Source: Mobula hypostoma
Lineage: Eukaryota
Direction: 5' to 3'
Assembly (NCBI RefSeq): GCF_963921235.1
Contig: NC_086097.1
Location: 140,370,001 to 140,434,000, forward strand
Length of the DNA stretch: 64,000 nt
The notes under the pieces were generated by a model. The model saw only the letters and a list, made by a program, of their open reading frames with translations. It was not told the origin of the DNA and searched no databases. This document shows, in pieces, positions 13,267 through 25,074 of the stretch (position 1 is the first letter of the stretch; every line of letters begins with the position of its first letter). The position numbers and the translations under genes were made by a program.

Positions 13267-13615
13267 TGAAATTAATTGAATCGGTTGAAGACTATTTTTT
13301 TCTGATATGAGGATTACAGGAGGAAACCAAGATGGATTCTGGCTGAACAAGGCTGTGTGTGCTTCACCCTGGTCTCTAGAACATGCTTGCTGAGCCCTAT
13401 CATCATTAAAGATGGGATTCTTCTTGAAACCTCCTTTTCCTGTTAGTTATTTCATCACCCACTACCATTCATGGCAAAATAGGATAGTACTGTGGAGCTT
13501 CAACTGATTCATTAGTTTCAAGATTGCAAAGGTCTATCTAGGCTGCTGATTTTGCTAGTTAACACACAAACAGTCCTGTACTGCAGCTTCAATAGGCTGC
13601 CACTTCCTCAATTTT

Positions 13616-14690
13616 AAGATTCGAGATTATTTAATGTAATTTCCAGCAGACAAGTGTAAATGAGATGAAATAATTGTTACTCCAGATCCGATGCAGCGCA
13701 AAAAAAAACCAATAAGATAAAGAATACAATAATAATAAGAAAGTGTAATAAACATAAATACATAAGATAGCTTACATACATAGATTGATTGTATGTCCTT
13801 AAAGTGACACTAAGCCCAGGAGTGTCTGTACATAATGTAACTGACAGGAAATGATGAAGTAGTGGTGGTTGGGGGTGTGTAGGGCTGGGTTAGTGGGTGG
13901 ATCTGTTGATCAGCCTTACTGCTTGGGGTAAGTAACTGTTGTTTGTTTGTTTGTTTTTTGAGTCCGGTGGTCTTGTCATGGATGCTATGTAGCCTCCTCC
14001 CCAATGGGAGTGGAACAAACAGTCCATGAGCAGGGCGGGTGGGATCCTTAATGATGTTACTGGCCCTTTTTCTGCATCAGTCTGTATACATGTCCTTGAT
14101 GGCAGGTAAGCTGGTGCTGGTGATGCATTGGGCAGTTTTGATAAAATGTTATAGACCCTTCCTGTCTGCTGCAGTGCAGTTTCCGTACCATGCAGTTATG
14201 CTACATGTTAGGATGCTGTCTACTGTGCATCTGTAGAATGAGGTGAGTACAGATATGCAAAGTCCAACTCTCTTCAGCCTCCTCAGAAAGTGGAGGTGTT
14301 GGTGAGTTTTTCTGATTGAGTGAAATCTGTTCTGGGACCATGAGAGATTGTGCAAGATGTGCACTCTCAGGAGTTTGAAACTTCTCATGGTTTCCACTGC
14401 CGTGCTGCCAATGTAAAGAGGAGTGAGTTCTCCTGAAGTCGATAACCTTCTTCTTTGTTTTGTTGACATTGAGGAAGAGGTTATTTGCCTGGCACCAGAC
14501 TTGAAGCTCTTCCACCTCCTCTCTGTAGGCCATATCATCATTGTTGATGATGAGCCCCACCACTGTCATGTCATCCGTGAACTTGACAATGCGATTACTT
14601 AGGTGTTTAGCTGTGTAGTTATGTGTGAGCAGAGTGTAAAGCAATGGGCTCAGCACACAGCTCTGGAGAGCATCCATGTTAAGCATGATA
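13616..14690 (-). mobile_element. Rex1/Babar-type LINE fragment (RT C-terminal half)
   Basis: ORFs 14201-14686 (CVLSPLLYTLLTH...KFTDDMTVVGLI...NVNKTKK.VIDFRR) and 14149-14541. Confidence 0.85.
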
Positions 14691-16600
14691 GGGAGGGAGG
14701 AACGTTGTGCATCCTACTATCTCCAGTTGGTTAGGAAGTCTAACACACAATTCAAAAGTGGTATACCTAATACTGCTTTGAGCTTACCCCTCTACACCAG
14801 AGGAGCAGAAGTAGGTTATCCAGCCCTTTAAGCCTGCTCTTATATTCATTAAGATCATGGCTGATTTGCCTCAGTGCAACATTAAATGAGAACAGTCTGT
14901 CAAAATATATCAAATTCCATTTCTTTCTACGGATGCTACCTGACCTAATGAGTGTTTGCAGCAGTTTTGTCATTGTATTCTCTACCCAATATCCTGTATT
15001 CTCTTAATATCAACAAACATATATATGTTTTAAATTAACAGCTCTTCAGGGTAGAGAATTTCAAAGGTTCATCATCCTCTGAATGAAGAAATGTTCCCTA
15101 ATCTCTCTCCTACACAGCCTGTACACTCTTGTCCTAAACTCCCCAGCCAGGGGAGATGTCTCCCCTGCATCTGGCCTGTCCAGCTACAGTTTTATATGTT
15201 TTGACGAACAGGGTTGATTCCCTGGTTTAACATTAATTGCAGAGTGAGGGATATGCTGGACCCTCGCTCAGGGATATGTTACAAATTGTGGTGATATACT
15301 TTTCTGCTGCTATGCTGATAATTCACAGTGATACATGGAAGCTCAGTTTCAGCAGCTGGATCCGCTGACATACACTGATTTAGAACATTTGTAGTGCCAC
15401 CCAATACAGTGGAAGAGATTCTTGATGCAACTGGCATCACCTGTATAAGAACCTTGGGACCAGGTAAGCATGCCTTTGTCCCTACTCCAATTTTCTTTAA
15501 TGCACATATCCAAATAACCCTATAATATCAAAAGCACGAAATATGTCTACATTATATCCAAACTTTCTCGTTGGTACTTGGTAAACAAAGTTGCTTATGT
15601 TGGAGAAATATACATAGTAGACAGGTCATAGCTTAACAGAAATTCACAGACTGAATGGTGATTGAAATTATCCAAAAATTATTCATTATTATTGATTGCA
15701 GTGGAAAACTACTCAATATCTACAGACACAATTGTTCATCATTGACTCTGACCATTAAACTCTGATGCTGAGGTCAGACACCTGTTGACCACCATCTACT
15801 ACCTTCCTCAGCTGATGATTTAATCCTCCGTCAAGTTGTTCATCACTTGGAAGATGACTGAGCTGGCCAAGTCATGGAGACAGCAACCACCATACTAACC
15901 CTGCAGCAAATGGTGTGGGAACCGGCAGTGGAAAGATCACTTAACAATGTGCTTATAAATCTATCAGTTGAAGATGGATTGATCTTGAAAATATTGCAGT
16001 AAATAACCATTGCAAAGTCATTGTGAAGAGAAAACCACATGTTACTATTGAATTCTATTTTTGCTATTGTGCTGAACATTTGCACTCCAGAATTAGGTAT
16101 ATGCTTAGCTAATCTGCTTTAGTACATTAATAACTTTGGCATTTATTGGATATCTGAAAAACTGCCCAGAAATGCCCTAGACATAAAAAAAGACAAATTA
16201 AATGCAATCATAGTCCATCAGTCTGTTTTCAGACACAACCAGCATGGATGGCATCAGTGACAGTGCTTTCAAGCAGTAATGACTTAAGGACCAAGGCTCC
16301 TTTGTTCCAAGGGAAATAACTCCAGCCTATTACATGTCATCTCATAGTCCTCCAGCCCTGGCCCACCCTTAATCACATCTGTACCTTTTCTAGTGTATCT
16401 ACACCTTTCCTGTAACATAGTGACCAACATCTTTCACTGTTCTGTAGTTGTGGCGCAGCTGGTATTTTATATGGTACTTAGAACATGGAACAATACTGAG
16501 CAGGAACAGTGTCTTTGGCCCATAATAGTGAGGTAAACTAATTAGCTAGTAATTAAACAGCTAACTAAACTAATCCCTTCAGCCTACACAACATCTATAT

Positions 16601-17776
16601 CAGCGGTCCCCAAACACCGGGCTACAGAGCATGCGCTACCAGGCCGCAAGGAAACGATGTGATTTGGTGATATGAGTCAGCTGCACCTTTCCTCATTCCC
16701 TGTCACGGCCACTGTTGAGCCATTACGCACGCGAGGTCATTACGCGCTTGTCATCCATTTCAGCGCGGGAAGATCAACTCTTCGAGCTTGTAAATGACGG
16801 TGGGCTGAAATGTATGTTTGACATAACATCTCTGCCAGCAATCCGGATCAAAGCCAAGGCTGAATATCCTGCGATAGCCACGGAAGCACTGAAAACGTTG
16901 CTTCCATTTCCAACGTATCTCTGCAATGAATGCAACGAAAACTAAATTGCGGAATAGACTGGACATAAGGAACCCCCTTCAAGTATCGCTGTCTCTCGTC
17001 ACCCTTCGATAGGACCGTCTTGTTGCAGGAAAACAATCCCAGGGCTCCCACTGTTTCAGCGATATTGGTGTGTTGCAATGATTTTATATGTTCATACGGG
17101 GAAAATATGTGCTGCATGTTTAATATCCAAACGATACTTAAAATGTTATGATGCTATTGACTTATATAACTATATAACAATTACAGCACGGAAACAGGCC
17201 ATCTCTGCCCTTCTAGTCCGTGCTGAACGCTACTCTCACCTAGTCCCACCGACCTGCACTCAGCCCATAACCCTCCATTCCTTTCCTGTCCATATACCTA
17301 TCCAATTTTTCATTAAATGATAAAATCGAACCTGCCTCTACCACTTCTACTGGAAGTTCGTTCAACATTTACTTCAAGCTCCCCTGATAATTGACTTATC
17401 ACTATATTCATGCGAGGAAAATATGCGCAGTGTGTTTAATATTAAATTCATTAGGTAAACCCTTTGAGAAACGAAATTGAGTGCATTAGCTAATTATCAT
17501 CTGTAGTCCAGTCGTGATCAACACCCACCGCCCCCCCTCGTCCAAAAAGAATCGCCAAAAACGATTTGTGGAAAAAAAATCGTACACGCATGCGCACTGG
17601 TGCCCGTACAAGGCTTCATGGTCATTGTAGTCTTTCTCAGGGTAAACCCAGCGTATTTGACTGCTACTCTTGTCCGTTGGCAACCCCCCCACCCCCCACC
17701 CCCCCGGTCGGCCGGTACGTAAGAATATTGTCAAAATGAAACCAGTCCACAGTGCGAGAAAGGTTGGGGACCCCTG
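16601..17776 (+). mobile_element. hAT-Charlie/Buster-type internally deleted element
   Basis: TIRs are CAGCGGTCCCCAA and TTGGGGACCCCTG, with an 8-bp TSD ATCTATAT at 16593-16600 and 17777-17784. A transposase C-terminal remnant reads EDQLFELVNDGGLK...EYPAIATEALKTLLPFPTYLC. Confidence 0.9.
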
Positions 17777-17949
17777 ATCTATATCCCTCCTTTCCTTCAT
17801 AATCATGTGCCTATCTTGGTTCAATCTATTTTTGCAGTACAATCTAATAAGCTACCAGCCAAACTCGCTTAGAAAATCTCATTCAGTTGTATCCGTACTG
17901 CTGGTTTAAGAAAAGAATTTGTTCAAAGTCACATAAAATGTATATTAAT

Positions 17950-20432
17950 TAATATATAGATTGGGTGAATGAAATTGGTAAAGGTGCTGAGGATGAGGAT
18001 TTCTTGGAATGTATACGGGATAGTTTTCTGAACCAACATGTCAAGGAACCAACTAGAGAGCAGGCCATTCTGGACTGGGTATTGAGCAATGAGGAAGGGT
18101 TAGTTAGCAATCTTGTCGTGCGAGGCCCCTTGGGTAAGAGTGACCATAATATGGTGGAATTCTTCATTAAGATGGAGAGTGATATAGTTAATTCAGAAAC
18201 AAAGGTTCTGAACTTAAAGAAGGGTAACTTTGAAGGTATGAGACGTGAATTAGCTAAGATAGACTGGCAAATGATACTTAAGGGGCCAACGGTGGATATG
18301 CAATGGCAAGCATTTAAAGATCGCATGGATGAACTACAACAATTGTTCATCCCAGTTTGGCAAAAGAATAAACCAGGGAAGGTAGTGCACCCGTGGCTGA
18401 CAAGGGAAATTAGGGATAGTATCAATTCCAAAGAATAAACATACAAATTAGCCAGAAAAAGCGGCACACCTGAGGACTGGGAGAAATTCAGAGTCCAGCA
18501 GAGGAGGACAAAGGGCTTAATTAGGAAAGGGAAAAAAGATTATGAGAGAAAGCTGGCAGAGAACATAAAAACTGACTGTAAAAGCTTTTATAGATATGTA
18601 AAAAGAAAAAGATTGGTTAAGACAAATGTAGGTCCCTTACAGTCAGACTCAGGTGAATTGATCATGGAGAACAAGGACATGGCTGACCAATTGAATAACT
18701 ACTTTGGTTCTGTCTTCACTAAGGAGGACATAAATAATCTTCCAGAAATAGTTGGGGACTGAGAGTCCAGTGAGATAGAGGAACTGAGGGAAATACATGT
18801 TAGTAGGGAAGTGGTGTTAGGTAAATTGAAGGGATTGAAGGCAGATAAATCCCCAGGGCCAGATGGTCTGCATCCCAGAGTGCTTAAGGAAGTAGCCCAA
18901 GAAATAGTGGATGCGTTAGTGATAATTTTTCAAAACTCTTTAGATTCTGGATTAGTTCCTGAAGACTGGAGGGTGGCTAATGTAACCCCACTTTTTAAAA
19001 AAGGAGGGAGAGAGAAACCAGGGAATTATAGACTGGTGAGCCTGACATCAGTGGTGGGGAAAATGCTAGAGTCAGTTATCAAAGATGTGATAACAGCACA
19101 TTTGGAAAGCGGTGAAATCATCGGACAAAGTCAGCATGGATTTGTGAAAGGAAAATCATGTCTGACAAATCTCACAGAATTTTTTGAGGATGTAACTAGT
19201 AGACTGGATAGGGGAGAACCAGTGGATGTGGTATATTTGGATTTTCAAAAGGCTTTTGACAAGGTCCCACACAGGAGATTAGTGTGCAAACTTAAAGCAC
19301 ACGGTATTGGGGGTATGGTATTGATGTGGATAGAGAATTGGTTGGCAGACAGGAAGCAAAGAGTGGGAATAAACGGGACCTTCTCAGAATGGCAGGCAGT
19401 GACTAGTGGGGTACCGCAAGGCTCAGTGCTGGGACCCCAGTTGTTTACAATATATTTTAATGACTTAGACGAGGGAATTAAATGCAGCATCTCCAAGTTT
19501 GCGGATGACATGAAGCTGGGTGGCAGTGTTAGCTGTGAGAAGGATGCTAAGAGGATGCAGGGTGACTTGGATAGGTTAGGTGAGTGGGCAAATTCATGGC
19601 AGATGCAATTTAATGTGGATAAATGTGAAGTTATCCACTTTGGTGGCAAAAACAGGAAAACAGATTATTATCTGAATGGTGGCCAATTAGGAAAAGGGGA
19701 GGTGCAACGAGACCTGGGTATCATTGTACACCAGTCATTGAAAGTTGGCATGCAGGTACAGCAGGCGGTGAAAAAGGCAAATGGTATGCTGGCATTCATA
19801 GCAAGAGGATTTGAGTACAAGAGCAGGGAGGTTCTACTGCAGTTGTACAAGGCCTTGGTGAGACCACACCTGGAGTATTGTGTGCAGTTTTGGTCCTCTA
19901 ATCTGAGGAAAGACATTCTTGCCATAGAGGGGGTACAAAGAAGGTTCACCAGATTGATTCCTGGGATGGCAGGACTTTCATACGATGAAAGACTGGATCG
20001 ACTAGGCTTATACTCTCTGGAATTTAGAAGATTGAGGGGGGATCTGATTGAAACATATAAAATTCTAAAGGGATTGGACAGGCTAGATACAGGAAGATTG
20101 TTCCCGATGTTGGGGAAGTCCAGAACAAGGGGTCACAGTTTGAGGAAAAAGGGGAAGCCTTTTAGGACCAAGATGAGGAAAAACTTCTTCACACACAGAG
20201 TGGTGAATCTATGGAATTCTCTGCCACAGGAAACAGTTGAGGCCAGTTCATTGGCTATATTTAAGAGGGAGTTAGATAAGGCCCTTGTGGCTAAAGGGCT
20301 CAGGGGTATGGAGAAAAGGCAGGTATAGGGTTCTGAGTTGGATGATCAGCCATGATCGTAATGAATGGTGGTGCAGGCTCGAAGGGCCGAAAGGCCTGCT
20401 CCTGCAACTATTTTCTATGTTTCTAAGTTTCT
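17950..20432 (+). mobile_element. Young 5'-truncated CR1-type LINE (partial endonuclease plus RT)
   Basis: ORFs 17965-18438 and 18811-20328 are in one frame, with stops at 18436 and 18760. RT motifs are [21 protein letters not shown] and FADD. The tail reads tttctatgtttctaagtttcta. Confidence 0.95.
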
Positions 20433-20544
20433 AATAATGTGGGAAATAGCTCTAAAGAATTAAGATTTAAAAATGGCATTCAATATCAGTCCAATAGTAT
20501 GTGAAGGCTTGACTTTTTTTGGTCTTGGGGTACAAGTTTTGCTT

Positions 20545-20900
20545 TGCATAGCTCAAATACCATCATTAAATTAATCAATGACACCACTTCAGTTGGCAAC
20601 TTCAAGAGGTGGTGCCTCAAGAAGGCAGCATCCACCACTAGGGACCCTCACCATCTGAGACATGCCCTCTTCTTGTTACTACCATCAGGGAGGAGGTACT
20701 GGAGCCTGAAAACCCACACTCAATGGCTTACAAACAGCTTCTTCCCCTCTGGCATTAGTTATCTGAATGACCCATGACCTTATAAACACAGTCTCGTTAA
20801 TTCTTTCTTGTATTATATATTTTTCTAATTTATAATTTGCACTGTACTGCTGCTGCAAAACAACAAATGTTATGTCACATAATAATAAATTTAATTCTAA
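20545..20900 (+). mobile_element. Rex1/Babar-type LINE 3' fragment with internal deletion
   Basis: CLKKAAS..RDPHH..HALF.LLPSGRRY.SLKT.T...NSFFP motif. Confidence 0.75.
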
Positions 20901-21723
20901 TGCATCACAAATACTGCTTAATCTGGAGCCAACACAGAGGTCACATTCACCCTTTTGTTACAGTAGTTTATACAAGCAATCTCAGTGAAATAATATCTTT
21001 CAATAAGTTCAAATTCTATTTTAATTTGCTTTCTAATTTGCAGTTCTTTTGGGACTGAATTGTTGATACAATATTCAGTATCAGTTGATCATTTTTCAAA
21101 ATGACTGAAGTCCAATAAATACTAAAAATGCCTAGGGAATCATTCCTCGTTCTCAATAGCTTAAAAGGCCCCAAAAAGAATATCAGAAAGAAGGATAGTA
21201 TTACATTTTGCTGGACTCTATACTTTCAAAACTAACAAGACGGTGAAATATACAAGCATTCAAATCCTCTATTGTAAGCGGTGTAATTATCAGTCATATT
21301 GAAGGCATCCCCAAGATAGCCATTTCTGCTTTTGTTGTGGAGAATGATTATATGACAAATCAGTGTTAATGACTTTTTAAAAGTAACAGATTGGGTGTCA
21401 TATTATAGCCGCTAGGATTACCAGTATTGAATCACGTGTATTCATAACTCCACACATAAAAGTCAGCACAAAAGAAATAATTACCCTGATCAAAATTAAA
21501 CAGGAAGACTAATAATGAAGCCAAGAGCACCTTTTAAAACGCATCTTTTTCCTATCATCACTGAGGCAAGCAGATAAGACTATGATTTATTTCTAATCCT
21601 TCAAGTAAGTAGTTCTATTCTACAAGTGGATAATTATCAGCTTTATAGAGATCTACAAGTTACTGACATCCATAACTCTGGCAGAAAATTAAATGTTATG
21701 CATGTCTAGAAGTTAAATCTTGA

Positions 21724-24716
21724 AACATAGAAACATAGAAACATAGAAAATAGGGGCAGGAGTAGGCCATTCGGCCCTTCGAGCCTGCACCGCCATTTAT
21801 TATGATCATGGCTGATCATCCAACTCAGAACCCCGCCCTAGCCTTCCCTCCATACACCCTGACCCCTATAGCCACAAGGGCCATATCTAACTCCCTCTTA
21901 AATATAGCCAATGAACTGGCCTCAACTGTTTCCTGTGGCAGAGAATTCCACAGATTCACCACTCTCTGTGTGAAGAAGTTTTTCCTAATCTCGGTCCTAA
22001 AAGGCTTCCCCATTATCCTCAAACTGTGACCCCTCGTTCTGGACTTCCCCAACATCGGGAACAATCTTCCTGCATCTAGCCTGTCCAATCTCTTTAGGAT
22101 TTTATACGTTTCAATCAGATCCCCCCTCAATCTTCTAAATTCCAACGAGTATAAGCCTAGTTCCTCCAGTCTTTCATCATATGCAAGTCCTGCCATCCCA
22201 GGAATTAATCTGGTGAACCTTCTTTATACTCCCTCTATGGCAAGGATGTCTTTCCTCAGATTAGGGGACCAAAACTGCACACAATACTCCAGGTGTGGTC
22301 TCACCAAGGCCTTGTACAACTGCAGTAGTACCTCCCTGCTCCTGTACTCAAATCCTCTTGCTATAAATGCCAGCATACCATTCGCCTTTTTCACCGCCTG
22401 CTGTACCTGCATGCCCACTTTCAATGACTGGTGTATAATGACACCCAGGTCTCGTTGCACCTCCCCTTTTCCTAATCGGCCACCATTCAGATAATAATCT
22501 GTTTTCCTATTTCTGCCACCAAAGTGGATAACTTCACATTTATCCACATTAAATTGCATCTGCCATGAATTTGCCCACTCACCCAACCTATCCAAGTCAC
22601 CCTGCATCCTCTTAGCATCCTCCTCACAGCTAACACTGCCACCCTGCTTCATGTCATCCGCAGACTTGGAGATGCTGCATTTAATTCCCTCATCCAAGTC
22701 ATTAATATATATTGTAAACAACTGGGGTGCCAGCACTGAGCCTTGCGGTACCCCACTAGTCACCGCCTGCCATTCTGAAAAGGTCCCGTTTATTCCCACT
22801 TTTTGCTTCCTGTCTGCTAACCAATTCTCCACCCACATCAGTACCTTACCCCCAATACCGTGTGCTTTAAGTTTGCACACTAATCTCCTGTGTGGGACCT
22901 TGTCAAAAGCCTTTTGAAAATCCAAACATACCACATCCACTGGTTCTCCCCTATCCACTCTACGAGTTACATCCTCAAAAAATTCTATGAGATTCGTCAG
23001 ACATGATTTTCCTTTCACAAATCCATGCTGACTTTGTCCGATCATTTCACCGCTTTCCAAATGTGCTGTTATCGCATCCTTGATAACTGACTCCAGCAGT
23101 TTCCCCACCACCGACGTTAGGCTAACCGGTCTATAATTCCCCAGTTTCTCTCTCCCTCCTTTTTTAAAAAGTGGGGTTACATTAGCCACCCTCCAATCCT
23201 CAGGAACTAGTCCAGAATCTAACGAGTTTTGAAAAATTATCACTAATGCATCCACTATTTCTTGGGTTACTTCCTTAAGCACTCGAGGATGCAGACCATC
23301 TGGCCCTGGGGATTTATCTGCCTTCAATTCCTTCAATTTACCTAACACCACTTCTCTACTAACATGTATTTCGCTCACTTCCTCCATCTCACTGGACCCT
23401 CTGTCCCCTACTATTACTGGAAGATTATTTATGTCCTCCTTAGTGAAGACAGAACCAAAGTAATTATTCAATTGGTCTGCCATGTCCTTGCTCCCCATAA
23501 TCAATTCACCTGTTTCTGTCTGTAGGGGACCTACATTTGTCTTTACCAGGCTTTTCCTTTTTACATATCTATAAAAGCTTTTACAGTCCGTTTTTATGTT
23601 CCCTGCCAGTTTTCTCTCATAATCTTTTTTCCCCTTCCTAATTAAGCCCTTTGTCCTCCTCTGCTGAACTCTGAATTTCTCCCAGTCCTCAGGTGAGCCA
23701 CTTTCTCTGGCTAATTTGTATGCTTCTTCTTTGGAATTGATACTATCCCTAATTTCTCTTGTCAGCCACAGGTGCACTACCTTCCTTGATTTATTCTTTT
23801 GCCAAACTGGGATGAACAATTGTTGTAGTTCATCCATGCAACCTTTAAATGCTTGCCATTGCAAATCCACTGTCAATCCTTTAAGTGTCATTTGCCAGTC
23901 TATCTTAGCTAATTCACATCTCATACCTTCAAAGTTACCCCTCTTTAAGTTCAGAACCTTTGTTTCTGAATTAACTATGTCACTCTCCATCTTAATGAAG
24001 AATTCCACCATATTATGGTCACTCTTACCCAAGGGGCCTCTCACGACAAGATTGCTAATTAACCCTTCCTCATTGCTCAAAACCCAGTCCAGAATAGCCT
24101 GCTCTCTAGTTGGTTCCTCGACATGTTGGTTCAAAAAACCATCCCGCATACATTCCAAGAAATCCTCTTCCTCAGCACCTTTACCAATTTGGTTCACCCA
24201 ATCTACATGTAGATTGAAGTCACCCATTATAACTGCTGTTCCTTTATTGCACACATTTCTAATTTCCTGTTTAATACCACCTCCAACCTCACTACTACTG
24301 TTAGGTGGCCTGTACACAACTCCCACCAGCGTCTTCTGCCCTTTAGTGTTACGCAGCTCTACCCATATCGATTCCACATCTTCCCGGCTTATGTCCTTCC
24401 TTTCTATTGCGTTAATCTCTTCTTTAACCAGCAACGCCACCCCACCTCCCCTTCCTTCATGTCTATCCCTCCTGAATATTGAATATCCCTGAACGTTGAG
24501 CTCCCATCCCTGGTCACCCTGGAGCCATGTCTCTGTGATCCCAACTATATCATAATCATTAATAACAATCTGCACTTTCAATTCATCCACCTTATTACGA
24601 ATGCTCCTTGCATTGACACACAAAGCCTTCAGGCGCTCTTTTACAACTCTCTTAGCCCTTATACAATTATGTTGAAAAGTGGCCCTTTTTAATGCTTGCC
24701 CTGGATTTGCCCTGGA
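21724..24716 (-). mobile_element. Young CR1-type LINE, nearly complete ORF2 (APE endonuclease plus RT)
   Basis: The 799-aa ORF 22224-24623 (NARSIRNK...GITETWL...YRPP...GDFN...SDH...RT) continues in frame past one TAA to 21825. The tail is (tttctatg)n and the TSD TAAATCTTGA lies at 21714-21723 and 24717-24726. Confidence 0.95.
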
Positions 24717-25074
24717 TAAATCTTGAGTGAGTTATATTCAGATAATTTTAAACAAGAATACAGTAAAAGACTGTAAGCATTATAATATAATTCTACCATC
24801 GCTGAGGTGTAGTTCCTACAAAACATCATCATGGAAGTAACATCATTTGAAAGACTTGACAACCGTGGAAGAAAGCTTAGCGATATCCGGTCAGAGTAAC
24901 TTGGAAGAGCAACACATGAAGCCACGCTAGTATTTAATTTAACCAGCATTATAAGCACATAAAAGCTATGGCATAGGTGTCGGAAGCAACTGCTGTTTAT
25001 AATAGCTAATAAATCTTAGAAAACATATTCAAGTATTTTGTTTAAAAAAGAGATACACTTTTATGAAGATATAA

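Larger units (their letters stand above)
11240..13610 (-). mobile_element. Old CR1/L2-group LINE (degenerate RT), interrupted by a SINE and a Penelope-derived insert
   Basis: ORF 12699-13040 is a decayed RT N-terminal region (IKKWLRELDVEK...AKLIQY...PVHK...ANYHP). Confidence 0.65.

Noticed and set aside
15243..15469. Possible plus-strand exon ending in a strong CAG|GTAAGC donor
   Set aside because: All three frames from the 15242 acceptor contain stops and no homology was recognised; chance donors are common.
23716..24492. 258-aa ORF (and 17949-18467, 19245-19649, 3450-3878, etc.)
   Set aside because: These are antisense shadows of LINE ORF2 frames.
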